From: an uncultured Clostridiaceae bacterium
GTDB taxonomy: Bacteria; Bacillota; Clostridia; Monoglobales; Firm-18
Direction of reading: 5' to 3'
NCBI GenBank assembly: GCA_964455565.1
Contig: CAYVWT010000003.1
Coordinates: 1-51,173, forward strand
Length of the DNA: 51,173 bases
This document shows, one piece after another, positions 33,429-43,100 of the stretch. The notes below the pieces were generated by a model, which was given only the letters and a program-made list of their open reading frames with translations, was not told where the DNA came from and searched no databases. Position numbers and translations under genes: made by a program. The first letter of the stretch is position 1; every line of letters begins with the position of its first letter.

Positions 33429-35252
33429 TTATTTCTTGTCCTCGTCAACTGTATATTCTGCATCAACTGTTGTATCGTCACCACTTTGTGGCTCTGCTTG
33501 CTCTCCCTCGCCTTGTGGTGCTTGTTGTTCATATAATTTTGCTGAAATTTCATAGAATTTCTTTGATAATTCTTCAGCAGCCGCTTTAATAGCCTCTGTA
33601 TCCTCACCCTTTAATACTTCTTTAACTTTTTCAATTTCAGCCTTTACTAATTCTTTTTCTTCCTCTGAAACCTTGTCACCTATATCTGTTAATGCTTTTT
33701 CACTTTGGTAAACCAAGTGTTCTGCGTGGTTTCTTGTTTCAACCTTTTCCTTGTATGCTTTATCTTCGTCAGCAAATCTCTCTGCCTCTTGTACTGCCTT
33801 TTCGATATCTGCTTCTGAAAGGTTAGAGCTTGCAGTTATTGTAATCTTTTGTTGTGTGCCTGTTCCTAAGTCCTTTGCGGATACGTTTACTATACCATTT
33901 GCATCAATATCAAAGGTTACTTCAATTTGTGGCACACCTCTTGGTGCTGGTGGAATACCTGATAATTCAAAGCGTCCAAGTGATTTATTATGTGCTGCCA
34001 TATCACGCTCACCTTGAAGTATATTTATCGTAACAGTTGTTTGACCGTCTGCCGCTGTTGAATATACTCTGCTTTTCTTTGTTGGGATTGTTGTGTTTCT
34101 TTCGATAATTTTATTACAAATTCCACCCTCTGTTTCGATACCAAGTGATAGTGGTGTTACATCTAAAAGAACTAAGCCTTTAACATCACCTGCTAAAACG
34201 CCACCTTGTATTGCTGCACCAACTGCAACACATTCGTCTGGGTTAATGCCCTTTGTTGGCTCTTTGTCGATTATGCGACGAACAGCCTCTTGAACTGCTG
34301 GTATTCTTGTAGAACCACCAACAAGTAAAACTCTATCTACTTCGTCTGCTGAAAGACCAGAATCTTTTAACGCTGTACGAACAGGCTCCATTGTTTTTTC
34401 AACAAGGTCAGCTGTTATTTCGTTGAACTTTGCACGAGTTAAAGTAATATCTAAATGCTTAGGACCAGATGCATCTGCTGTTATAAATGGTAGGTTTATG
34501 TTTGCTGTTGCAACGCCTGATAAATCTATCTTAGCTTTTTCTGCCGCTTCTATTAAGCGTTGAAGAGCCATTTTGTCGTTTCTTAAATCTACACCGTTTT
34601 CTTTTTTAAATTCTTCTGCAAGGAATTTTACAATTCTCTCGTCAAAATCGTCTCCACCTAAACGGTTGTTACCACTTGTAGCTAAAACCTCGAATACACC
34701 ATCACCAATTTCAAGAATTGATACATCGAATGTTCCGCCACCAAGGTCATAAACCATTATTTTTTGGTCATGGTCTTTATCAAGCCCATAAGCAAGCGCC
34801 GCCGCTGTTGGCTCGTTAATTATACGAAGAACCTCAAGCCCCGCAATTTTACCTGCATCCTTTGTAGCTTGACGCTGTGCGTCGCTAAAATAAGCTGGTA
34901 CAGTAATAACTGCCTGTGTTACTGTTTCGCCCAAATAGCTTTCAGCATCTGCTTTTAACTTTTGAAGAATCATTGCTGAAACCTCTGGTGGTGAATATTT
35001 TTTATCATCAATGGCAACCCTTTTATCAGTTCCCATATCACGTTTTATTGAGCTTATTGTTCTTTCAGGATTTGTTACACCTTGACGTTTTGCAATTTGC
35101 CCTACCAAACGCTCCCCAGTTTTTGTGAACGCTACAACTGATGAAGTTGTTCTTGCGCCCTCTGCGTTAGGGATAACTACTGGTTCTCCACCCTCCATAA
35201 CAGCTACGCATGAATTTGTTGTTCCTAAATCAATTCCTATAATTTTACCCAT
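33429..35252 (-). CDS. dnaK: Molecular chaperone DnaK (Hsp70)
   Basis: [25 protein letters not shown] and [17 protein letters not shown]. Confidence 0.99.
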   Translation of the reverse strand: MGKIIGIDLGTTNSCVAVMEGGEPVVIPNAEGARTTSSVVAFTKTGERLVGQIAKRQGVTNPERTISSIKRDMGTDKRVAIDDKKYSPPEVSAMILQKLKADAESYLGETVTQAVITVPAYFSDAQRQATKDAGKIAGLEVLRIINEPTAAALAYGLDKDHDQKIMVYDLGGGTFDVSILEIGDGVFEVLATSGNNRLGGDDFDERIVKFLAEEFKKENGVDLRNDKMALQRLIEAAEKAKIDLSGVATANINLPFITADASGPKHLDITLTRAKFNEITADLVEKTMEPVRTALKDSGLSADEVDRVLLVGGSTRIPAVQEAVRRIIDKEPTKGINPDECVAVGAAIQGGVLAGDVKGLVLLDVTPLSLGIETEGGICNKIIERNTTIPTKKSRVYSTAADGQTTVTINILQGERDMAAHNKSLGRFELSGIPPAPRGVPQIEVTFDIDANGIVNVSAKDLGTGTQQKITITASSNLSEADIEKAVQEAERFADEDKAYKEKVETRNHAEHLVYQSEKALTDIGDKVSEEEKELVKAEIEKVKEVLKGEDTEAIKAAAEELSKKFYEISAKLYEQQAPQGEGEQAEPQSGDDTTVDAEYTVDEDKK

Positions 35253-35267
35253 TTTAATTTCCTCCTT

Positions 35268-35780
35268 TTAATTGGCTACTTTGACCATTGAATGTCTTAT
35301 TACTTTTTCCTTATATTTATACCCCTTAGCAAACTCCTCGACAACTATGTTATCACCAAAGCTTTCATCATCAATATGCATAACTGCATTGTGCATTTCA
35401 GGGTCGAACTGCTCGCCTACTGCGTTAATTTGCGCAACGCCTATGTTTTTAAGCGCATCCTCAAATTGCTTTTCAATAAGCTTCACACCATCTAAAACTG
35501 TTTTGGCATCGCTTTTTACCTCTGATGATATTGCCCTTTGCAAATTATCAAAAACAGGCAATACAGCCTCTACAACATCTGCCGCAGCATCTGTGTATAT
35601 TTGAATTTTTTCTTTTTGTGTACGTTTTTTGAAATTATCAAATTCTGCAAGCAGGCGCATATATTTATCATTTAATTCCTTTTCTATGTCTACCTCTTGT
35701 TGCTGTTCAGCTTCTTCTACTTCTTCGGTTTCTTCGTTTTCTAAAATTTCAAGTTCGTTTTCCGTCATAAGTTTGACCAT
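35268..35780 (-). CDS. grpE: Nucleotide exchange factor GrpE
   Basis: Acidic N-terminus, then YMRLLAEFDNFKKRTQKE … FDPEMHNAV…GYKYKEKVIRHSMVKV. Start is the ATG at 35780 (inside the conserved leader element) or the ATG at 35768. Confidence 0.93.
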   Translation of the reverse strand: MVKLMTENELEILENEETEEVEEAEQQQEVDIEKELNDKYMRLLAEFDNFKKRTQKEKIQIYTDAAADVVEAVLPVFDNLQRAISSEVKSDAKTVLDGVKLIEKQFEDALKNIGVAQINAVGEQFDPEMHNAVMHIDDESFGDNIVVEEFAKGYKYKEKVIRHSMVKVAN

Positions 35781-35947
35781 TAGCCTTTCAGGCTCACAAA
35801 ATTTTATAAAACTTTTGACCTACTCCAAACCGTGAGCCAGATAAGGCGTATAAATGGTCATATGCACATCTGCGCTTCGCCTATATAGGCGAAAATATCG
35901 CAGGTGCAATAAATTCAAGGGTGAAGTCTGAAAGGAACTTTCAGACT
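35777..35947 (-). promoter_or_regulatory. Structured leader element, copy B (hrcA-grpE intergenic region)
   Basis: Same conserved blocks as 29720..29905. The 5' hairpin AGUCUGAAAG-GAA-CUUUCAGACU overlaps the hrcA stop codon. The 3' end …GUGAGCCUGAAAGGCUAAUGGU contains the first grpE ATG and is complementary to the upstream ACCAUU…GCCU…GGCUCAC. Confidence 0.55.
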
Positions 35948-36999
35948 GTATCCTCCATAATGTTTTTTTGCACTAATTTATTTAACTGCTGCGTGAAAAA
36001 TTCAAGATTAGACGCAGCACGAGAATAGTCCATTCGAGTAGGACCAATTAGCCCTATTGTACCAACCACATTATCACCAATTGTATATGATGTCAGCACC
36101 ACCGAGCAATCTTGAAGCTCTAACGCCTCGTTTTCGTTACCAATGATTATTTTAACCTTTTGCCCCTCACAAAGTGCCACCGTTCTGTTCAAATTTGCTT
36201 TATTATCTAAAAATTCAAGCAACTGCTTTGCACGGTTAACATTGCTATATTCGGGGAAATTAAGTAGGTTTGTTGCACCACCTAAGAAAACCTCAGAATT
36301 CTCAGTAGAATTCATACATTCATTTGCAAATTTTAATATTTGCATTAATATGCTTTGATGATTTATCATTTCATTTTGCAATTCAACTATTAAATCAATA
36401 TCAATTTTATTTTGTGGTATTCCTGCAAGCTTTTCATTTAATATATTAGAAATTTCGTTTGCCGTATAAGAATCAGTCGGAACATCAAAGCTTATTCTTT
36501 TGTTTTTGACAATGTTTATATCCGTCATAAGCATTAACATACCGCTATTATCATCAATTGTAACAAGGTGAAAATGCTTTACATAGCCACGTTTAACCTC
36601 CTCAGTTGCACCAATTATAGTATAATTCGTTAGCCGAGAATATATGTTTGACATTTCTTTTACCATTGAATCCATCTCGGCAACTTTAAGCTGCATTAAT
36701 GTGTTCATTTTGCTTATTTCGTTTGCAGTTAGCTCATACCTTTTCATAAGCCTATCAACATACATTCTATAACCAAGGTGTGATGGTATGCGCCCTGCCG
36801 AGGTGTGTGGTTGTTCTAAAAGTCCCATATCTTCAAGGTCTGCCATTTCGTTTCTTATTGTTGCAGGGCTAAGGTCAAGGTTGTGGTTTTTTGATATAGT
36901 TCGAGAGCCAACAGGTTCTGCTGTTTCTATATAGCTTTCGATTACTGCGCCGAGTATTTGCTTTTTCCTCTCATCAAGCTCCACTATTATCACCTCCAT
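35941..36999 (-). CDS. hrcA: Heat-inducible transcription repressor HrcA
   Basis: ERKKQILGAVIESYIETAEPVGSRTISK… is a typical HrcA N-terminal wHTH. Start is the ATG at 36999, or more likely the GTG at 36984, which lies 8 nt after GGAGG. The track start at 37008 falls inside the CIRCE operator. Confidence 0.93.
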   Translation of the reverse strand: MEVIIVELDERKKQILGAVIESYIETAEPVGSRTISKNHNLDLSPATIRNEMADLEDMGLLEQPHTSAGRIPSHLGYRMYVDRLMKRYELTANEISKMNTLMQLKVAEMDSMVKEMSNIYSRLTNYTIIGATEEVKRGYVKHFHLVTIDDNSGMLMLMTDINIVKNKRISFDVPTDSYTANEISNILNEKLAGIPQNKIDIDLIVELQNEMINHQSILMQILKFANECMNSTENSEVFLGGATNLLNFPEYSNVNRAKQLLEFLDNKANLNRTVALCEGQKVKIIIGNENEALELQDCSVVLTSYTIGDNVVGTIGLIGPTRMDYSRAASNLEFFTQQLNKLVQKNIMEDTV

Positions 37000-37001
37000 T
37001 G

Positions 37002-37028
37002 TTAGCACTCTACCTTGTTGAGTGCTAA
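37002..37028. promoter_or_regulatory. CIRCE operator (HrcA binding site)
   Basis: TTAGCACTC-N9-GAGTGCTAA is a perfect match to the CIRCE consensus. It lies immediately upstream of hrcA. Confidence 0.95.
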
Positions 37029-37040
37029 ACCCTTAACATA

Positions 37041-37069
37041 AAAATAACACTATTTGGTCGATATGTCAA
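37041..37069 (-). promoter_or_regulatory. Candidate sigma-A promoter of the hrcA-grpE-dnaK-dnaJ operon
   Basis: On the minus strand: TTGACA (37069-37064), 17 nt spacer, TATTTT with an upstream TG (GTGTTATTTT). CIRCE starts 13 nt downstream. Confidence 0.55.
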
Positions 37070-37112
37070 TAGTTTTTTATAAAAAAGTTATTTAAATAAT
37101 GTCAAACCCCTA

Positions 37113-37128
37113 CCCCCAATCTTGGGGG
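37113..37128 (-). terminator. Short G-C hairpin after hemW (weak terminator candidate)
   Basis: CCCCCAA-GA-UUGGGGG on the minus strand. There is no clear U-tract (followed by UAGGGGUUUGAC). Confidence 0.35.
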
Positions 37129-37181
37129 ATTAAGGTAAACTTTTTTGAAACACACGTAAATTACTTACGTAATTTCATATG

Positions 37182-38276
37182 TTATAAAAATTCTGCCATA
37201 ATTTTATTCGACACATTCAAACCATCTATTGTTAGATAGCACCTATCATCAATTTTCATAAGGTTAATGTTAACATATTTACTGATTATATCTGCATATT
37301 TTTCAGCAAAATCAATGCCAAATAGGCTGTGAAACTCTTTTAGGCTAATGCCATTTGTCATTCTAAGCCCTAAAAAAATATATTCGCTTATTATTTCCTC
37401 TTTTGTTAGGCTTGTTTTAGTTACGCAGTTACTTTTAATATATTTCTCAACATTTGCCTCATTTTCAAGCCTTACATTATTATAAAGCGAGTGTGCCCCT
37501 GCACCAAAGCCGATATATTCTCCTCTGCGCCAATATTTTATGTTATGCTTGCATTCCTTATTTTCTTTTGCAAAATTCGATATTTCGTAGTGACTATATC
37601 CATTTTCGGCAAGAAATTTGATGGTATAATCATAAATTTCCCTGTCAACCTCCTCGGTTGGAAGGCTAAACTCCATATCATAAAAAGGAGTGTTTTCCTC
37701 TATTATTAGTGAATAGCAGGAAATATGCTGTGGAGATAAATTTATAACCTTTTTTAATGTATGCGACCATTTTTCGAGTGTTTGGTTCGGGAGGGCGAAC
37801 ATTAAATCTACATTTATATTATCAAAGCCACATTCCACAGCCAAATTATATGATTTTTCAAATTCACTATATGTGTGTATTCTGCCTATGGTTAATAATT
37901 CATCATCATTTGCCGATTGCAAGCCAAAGCTAATACGGTTTACGCCTGCTTTTTTAAGAATAGCAAAACCGTTTTCATCAAGCGTTGCAGGGTTAACCTC
38001 TACTGTAAATTCTGCATTTTGCAGGTTGAATTTATTCTTTACTGTATTTATTATATCGATTAGCATAGATATATCAAGAGATGTTGGCGTGCCACCACCT
38101 ATAAAAACGCTGTCTACAACACCATTATAGTTACTATCGTTTATTTCTTTAATTAGCGCATTTGTGTATGGCTGTTTTAATTCGTTTAAATTATCAAACG
38201 AATTAAAATCACAATAATTACACTTTTTAACGCAAAATGGTATGTGAATATATAATCCTATAAACCCTAATTTCAT
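37182..38276 (-). CDS. hemW: Radical SAM heme chaperone / oxygen-independent coproporphyrinogen-III oxidase-like protein
   Basis: LYIHIPFCVKKCNYCDF (CxxxCxxC radical-SAM motif), GGGTPT, and an HemN_C-like C-terminus. The start overlaps the lepA stop (TAATG). Confidence 0.88.
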   Translation of the reverse strand: MKLGFIGLYIHIPFCVKKCNYCDFNSFDNLNELKQPYTNALIKEINDSNYNGVVDSVFIGGGTPTSLDISMLIDIINTVKNKFNLQNAEFTVEVNPATLDENGFAILKKAGVNRISFGLQSANDDELLTIGRIHTYSEFEKSYNLAVECGFDNINVDLMFALPNQTLEKWSHTLKKVINLSPQHISCYSLIIEENTPFYDMEFSLPTEEVDREIYDYTIKFLAENGYSHYEISNFAKENKECKHNIKYWRRGEYIGFGAGAHSLYNNVRLENEANVEKYIKSNCVTKTSLTKEEIISEYIFLGLRMTNGISLKEFHSLFGIDFAEKYADIISKYVNINLMKIDDRCYLTIDGLNVSNKIMAEFL

Positions 38277-40081
38277 TAGTCTAATTTAAGAACAGACATA
38301 AATGCCTCTTGTGGAACTTCAACCGAGCCTACTTGGCGCATACGTTTTTTACCCTCTTTTTGCTTTTCAAGTAGCTTTCTTTTTCTTGAAATGTCACCAC
38401 CATAGCATTTTGCAAGAACGTCTTTTCGCATTGCTTTTATGGTTTCACGAGCAATAATTTTATTTCCAACTGCCGCTTGAATTGGTATTTCAAACATCTG
38501 CCTTGGAATTGCCGCCTTTAATTTTTCTGTTATCTTGCGCCCTCTGTCATACGCTCTATCTGAATGAACTATAAGGCTTAGCGCATCAACAACCTCGCCA
38601 TTTAGCAAAATATCAAGCTTTGAAAGAACAGATTTTTGATAGCCAATTAGTTCATAATCAAACGAGGCATATCCCCTTGTGCGTGATTTTAGCGCATCAA
38701 AAAAGTCATATATAATTTCATTTAGTGGAAGCTCATAATGAAGCGACACCCTTGTTTCGTCAAGATATTTCATATCCTTAAACATTCCACGGCGTTCTTG
38801 GCACAACTCCATAATATTGCCCACAAAATCCGTTGGCACCATTATATTTGCGCTAACCATAGGCTCCTCCATATATAAAACCTCCACAGCTGGTGGTAGG
38901 TTTGTTGGGTTGTCTATTTCTAAAACATCACCATTTGTTTTTGTTATTTTATACACAACGCTTGGCGCAGTTGTTACAAGGTCAAGGTTATATTCACGCT
39001 CTAACCTTTCCTGTATAATTTCCATATGAAGTAAGCCTAAAAACCCACAACGAAAACCAAAACCAAGTGCTAACGAGGTTTCAGGCTCGAAGCTAAGTGA
39101 AGCATCATTTAATTGCAATTTACCAAGTGCCTCACGCAGGTCATCATACCTTGCACCATCTGCTGGATATATACCACAAAACACCATAGGGTTAACCTTG
39201 CGATAGCCAGGAAGTGCAGTTTTGGCAGGGTTTTCAACCGTAGTTACAGTATCACCAACGTGGGTATCTGACACATTTTTAATGCTTGCTGCTATAAAAC
39301 CAACCTCGCCTGTTTTAAGCTCATTTGAAATTATCATTCCGCTTGGTCTTAAATGCCCTACCTCTACCACATCAAATTCCTTGTCATTTGCCATTAGTTT
39401 GATTTTTGTTCCTGCTTTGATTGAGCCATTAAAAACTCTGCAATATACAATTACACCCTTGTAGGTATCGTAATATGAATCAAAAATTAATGCTTGAAGT
39501 GGCGCATCCTCGTCACCCTTTGGCGAAGGAATTTTCGCAACCACTTGCTCTAAAACCTCTTCAATGCCTATACCCATTTTTGCTGAAATTAGTGGCGCTT
39601 CATCAGCAGGAATGCCGATTACATCTTCAATTTCCTTTTTTACATGGTCTGGCTGTGCGCTTGGCAGGTCAATTTTATTTATTACCGGCACAAGTTCTAA
39701 GTTGTGTTCAAGCGCAAGGTATGTGTTTGCTAAGGTTTGCGCCTCTATACCTTGTGCAGCATCTACAACCAATATTGCACCCTCACACGCCGCAAGGCTT
39801 CGTGAAACCTCATAGTTAAAATCAACGTGCCCAGGTGTATCAATTAGGTTCAAAATATATTCTTCGCCATCTTTCGCCTTATAGACAACACGAATAGCCC
39901 GAGCCTTTATGGTTATTCCACGCTCACGCTCGAGCTCCATATTATCGAGTATCTGCTCCTCCATTTCACGTGCAGAAATAACCCCAGTGAACTCTAATAA
40001 CCTGTCTGCAAGGGTGCTTTTTCCGTGGTCTATATGCGCTATTATACAAAAATTCCTTATATTATCTTGATAATGTGACAT
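38276..40081 (-). CDS. lepA: Translation elongation factor 4
   Basis: [35 protein letters not shown] and the LepA C-terminal domain (…[22 protein letters not shown]…). Confidence 0.98.
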   Translation of the reverse strand: MSHYQDNIRNFCIIAHIDHGKSTLADRLLEFTGVISAREMEEQILDNMELERERGITIKARAIRVVYKAKDGEEYILNLIDTPGHVDFNYEVSRSLAACEGAILVVDAAQGIEAQTLANTYLALEHNLELVPVINKIDLPSAQPDHVKKEIEDVIGIPADEAPLISAKMGIGIEEVLEQVVAKIPSPKGDEDAPLQALIFDSYYDTYKGVIVYCRVFNGSIKAGTKIKLMANDKEFDVVEVGHLRPSGMIISNELKTGEVGFIAASIKNVSDTHVGDTVTTVENPAKTALPGYRKVNPMVFCGIYPADGARYDDLREALGKLQLNDASLSFEPETSLALGFGFRCGFLGLLHMEIIQERLEREYNLDLVTTAPSVVYKITKTNGDVLEIDNPTNLPPAVEVLYMEEPMVSANIMVPTDFVGNIMELCQERRGMFKDMKYLDETRVSLHYELPLNEIIYDFFDALKSRTRGYASFDYELIGYQKSVLSKLDILLNGEVVDALSLIVHSDRAYDRGRKITEKLKAAIPRQMFEIPIQAAVGNKIIARETIKAMRKDVLAKCYGGDISRKRKLLEKQKEGKKRMRQVGSVEVPQEAFMSVLKLD

Positions 40082-40150
40082 TTTTTACCTCCAAAGTCTT
40101 TCTCAATGTACTATTATAACACAAGTATAATGTAAAATTCAAATATTTTC

Positions 40151-40179
40151 TTGACGAAAATGTATTTTTTTATTATACT
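40151..40179 (+). promoter_or_regulatory. Candidate sigma-A promoter of the aromatic amino-acid operon
   Basis: TTGACG (40151-40156), 17 nt spacer, TATACT (40174-40179). The leader is about 40 nt and AAGGAGG lies 9 nt before the ATG at 40219. Confidence 0.55.
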
Positions 40180-40218
40180 GTAAAGAATAATGGAAAGCAA
40201 TAAGGAGGCGACTTACAA

Positions 40219-41232
40219 ATGATAGTTATTTTAAAGCCTAATATTAATAGCGAGCAAGCCGAGCAGGTTTTCTCTTTATTAAACGAATATGATGTTCAAC
40301 TTAATATATCAAAGGGCGCAGAATGTACACTAATTGGCTTAGTTGGTGATACATCAGCAGTTGACCAAGAAAAGATAATGGCTAACCCTTTTGTTGATAA
40401 GGTTATGAAGGTTAGTGAGCCATATAAAAAGACTAACAGAAAATTCCACCCTGAAAACACAATCATTGATGTTTGTGGGCAAAAAATTGGTGGTGAAAAG
40501 CTTGCTATAATTGCTGGCCCTTGCTCTGTTGAAACGGAAGAACAAATTACACAGATTGCAAAAGATGTTAAGGCGAGTGGTGCAGGGTTTTTGCGTGGTG
40601 GCGCATTTAAGCCACGCACTTCTCCGTATGCGTTCCAAGGTCTTGAAGCTGATGGTTTGGACTTATTAAAAATTGCTAAGGCACAAACTGGGCTTCCTAT
40701 TGTTTCTGAAATTATGTCACCAAAAATGTTGGAGCGCTTTGCAGAAGATGTTGATGTTATACAAATTGGTGCAAGAAATATGCAAAATTTTGACCTTTTA
40801 AAAGAGGTAGGCAGAATTAAAACACCTATTCTTTTAAAAAGAGGGCTTGCTAATACTATTGAGGAATGGCTTATGTCTGCTGAATATATTATGGCAGGCG
40901 GTAACCCAAATGTTATTTTTTGCGAGCGTGGAATTCGCACCTTTGAAACATACACAAGAAATACTTTAGACCTTAGTGCAATTCCTGCTATAAAAAAGCT
41001 TTCGCATTTGCCAATTATTGTTGACCCTTCTCATGCAACAGGTATGAGCTGGATGGTTGAGCCTCTTTCAAAGGCGGCAATAGTTGCTGGTGCTGATGGT
41101 GTTATAATCGAGGTGCATAACAACCCTGCTTGCGCTTTATGTGATGGTCCACAATCACTAACGCCAATTGCGTTTGATAGCCTTATGCAACAATTAGCTA
41201 AATATGCCAAATTAGAGGGCAGAACTATATGA
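40219..41232 (+). CDS. aroF: 3-deoxy-7-phosphoheptulonate (DAHP) synthase, type I-beta, with an N-terminal ferredoxin/ACT-like regulatory domain
   Basis: N-terminal roughly 70-aa domain MIVILKPN…LIGLVGD. Catalytic core: KLAIIAGPCSVETEEQ, FLRGGAFKPRTSPYAFQGL, IVDPSHATG. Confidence 0.9.
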   Translation: MIVILKPNINSEQAEQVFSLLNEYDVQLNISKGAECTLIGLVGDTSAVDQEKIMANPFVDKVMKVSEPYKKTNRKFHPENTIIDVCGQKIGGEKLAIIAGPCSVETEEQITQIAKDVKASGAGFLRGGAFKPRTSPYAFQGLEADGLDLLKIAKAQTGLPIVSEIMSPKMLERFAEDVDVIQIGARNMQNFDLLKEVGRIKTPILLKRGLANTIEEWLMSAEYIMAGGNPNVIFCERGIRTFETYTRNTLDLSAIPAIKKLSHLPIIVDPSHATGMSWMVEPLSKAAIVAGADGVIIEVHNNPACALCDGPQSLTPIAFDSLMQQLAKYAKLEGRTI

Positions 41233-42071
41233 ACAGCTTAACTGTTACCGTCGTAGGTCTTGGACTTATTGGCGGTTCTGTTGCACGTGCGCTTAAATCA
41301 AGCGTTAAGGCAATTTATGGGGTTGATTATTTTGAAAGTGTTTTAAAATCTGCAAAAGAACAAAATGTTATTGATGAGGGATATACAAATGCAATTATTC
41401 CACTTGAAAAAAGCGATGTTGTAATTTTGTGCCTATACCCTGATGCATCGCTTAATTTTGTTAGGGATAATATAAATAATTTTAAGGATAATTGCATTTT
41501 AACAGACGTTGTGGGTGTAAAAAGCCCTTTGATGAAATTATACAATAATGCTAAGCCGAATTTTTTGTATATTGGTGGTCACCCTATGGCTGGACGTGAG
41601 GTTTCGGGCTTTATTAATTCAACCGATACTATGTTTCGTGGTGCAAATTTCATTGTTACTCCTCCACTGAGCGCAACCGAGGAACAAATTAAAGTTGTGG
41701 AAAGCCTTGCAATTGCAATAGGCTGTGCAACAATTACACGAACTACCCCTGAAAACCACGATAAAATTATTGCATACACAAGCCAGCTGCCACACGTTAT
41801 TGCAACAGCAATGTGTGACACACCTCTACTTGTAAAGCATAAGAATTTTACAGGTGGAAGCTTTGAGGACGTAACAAGGGTTGCAAAAATAAATGAGCTG
41901 TTATGGACAGAGCTTTTTTTAAACAATAGTGAATATTTAATTGAGGAAATAGATAGGTTTACAAATTCTTTAAACGATATTAAAACTGCTATAAAATGTG
42001 GCGACAACTCCAAGCTTATGGAAATTATGCGTAGGGTTCGCCTTGACAAGGAGCTAATAGATAATGCGTAA
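41229..42071 (+). CDS. tyrA: Prephenate dehydrogenase
   Basis: VVGLGLIGGSVARAL Rossmann motif, GGHPMAGRE and SQLPHVIA. The ATGA start overlaps the aroF stop. Confidence 0.88.
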   Translation: MNSLTVTVVGLGLIGGSVARALKSSVKAIYGVDYFESVLKSAKEQNVIDEGYTNAIIPLEKSDVVILCLYPDASLNFVRDNINNFKDNCILTDVVGVKSPLMKLYNNAKPNFLYIGGHPMAGREVSGFINSTDTMFRGANFIVTPPLSATEEQIKVVESLAIAIGCATITRTTPENHDKIIAYTSQLPHVIATAMCDTPLLVKHKNFTGGSFEDVTRVAKINELLWTELFLNNSEYLIEEIDRFTNSLNDIKTAIKCGDNSKLMEIMRRVRLDKELIDNA

Positions 42072-43089
42072 AATTCACGTTAATTTGTGTGAAAATAGCT
42101 ATGATATTTTAATTGATAGTGGCATATTAAAGCATGCCCATGAATACATAAACTACAAAAAGGTTGCCATAATTACAGATGAAAATGTGGATAAATATTA
42201 TGGTGATACCCTTTTAAATCAATTTTCTGGTGAGGTTAAAAAATTAGTCCTCCCAGCAGGAGAGTCTACAAAGTCGATTGCAATGCTACAAAAAGTATAT
42301 GATTTTTTGCTCGACTTTAAAATTTCACGAAAAGATGTTATAATAGCATTAGGTGGTGGAGTGGTAGGTGATTTAACAGGCTTTGCCGCATCTACCCTGC
42401 TTCGTGGTGTGCCTTTTATTCAAATTCCAACCTCCTTGCTTGCACAGGTGGATAGCTCGGTTGGTGGCAAGGTTGCTGTAAATGTTCCACAGGGTAAAAA
42501 CCTTATTGGAAGCTTTTATCAACCGAAAATTGTTTTAATTGATACTGATTGCCTAAAAACGCTACCTGAAAGGGTTATTGCAGACGGTATGGCAGAGGTT
42601 ATTAAATATGGTTGCATTCGTGATAAATCACTTTTCGACCTACTTTCAAACGAAAATCCTTTTGAAAAAATAGATGAAATAATTGAAACCTGTTGCAACA
42701 TTAAGCGAATTGTGGTTGAGGCTGACGAATTTGACACAGGCGAGCGAATGATACTAAACTTTGGGCATACGCTTGGCCATGCAGTTGAAAATTATTATAA
42801 ATACTCTAAATATACCCATGGTGAGGGCGTTGCAATTGGAATGTATAATGCTGCCCTTGCAGGCGAAAAAATGGAGATTACTCCTTTTGGCACAGCTGAA
42901 AAAATCAAAAATATTCTTGTTAAATATAATCTTCCATATCAGCTTGATATTGATAAGGCTTGCCTTACGGATGCAATGTCGCTTGACAAAAAGTCTGAAA
43001 ATAGCGATATTAACCTTATTTTGCTTGATAAAGTTGGAAATGCAATAATAAAGAAATTACCGAAATCAGATGTACTAAATTATTTTTAA
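42064..43089 (+). CDS. aroB: 3-dehydroquinate synthase
   Basis: ALGGGVVGDLTGFAASTLLRGVPFIQIPTSLLAQVDSSVGGKVAVN and NFGHTLGHAVE. Confidence 0.95.
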   Translation: MRKIHVNLCENSYDILIDSGILKHAHEYINYKKVAIITDENVDKYYGDTLLNQFSGEVKKLVLPAGESTKSIAMLQKVYDFLLDFKISRKDVIIALGGGVVGDLTGFAASTLLRGVPFIQIPTSLLAQVDSSVGGKVAVNVPQGKNLIGSFYQPKIVLIDTDCLKTLPERVIADGMAEVIKYGCIRDKSLFDLLSNENPFEKIDEIIETCCNIKRIVVEADEFDTGERMILNFGHTLGHAVENYYKYSKYTHGEGVAIGMYNAALAGEKMEITPFGTAEKIKNILVKYNLPYQLDIDKACLTDAMSLDKKSENSDINLILLDKVGNAIIKKLPKSDVLNYF

Positions 43090-43100
43090 GTTGGTGAATT

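Noticed and set aside
35777-35830. Two GGTCAAA heptads in copy B of the leader element that resemble CtsR operator half-sites
   Set aside because: The CtsR operator is a tandem direct repeat (GGTCAAA-NAN-GGTCAAA). Here the heptads are about 47 nt apart and are absent from copy A.
40082-40218. Possible T-box or attenuator upstream of the aromatic operon
   Set aside because: The promoter-to-ATG distance is only about 40 nt. There is no specifier or T-box sequence and no terminator hairpin.
40296-40955. 219-aa ORF on the minus strand (plus the 94-aa ORF at 40354..40638) inside the DAHP synthase gene
   Set aside because: It is entirely antisense to a gene with unmistakable DAHP synthase motifs. 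The sequence is low-complexity and S/P/I-rich with no RBS. It is a shadow ORF.
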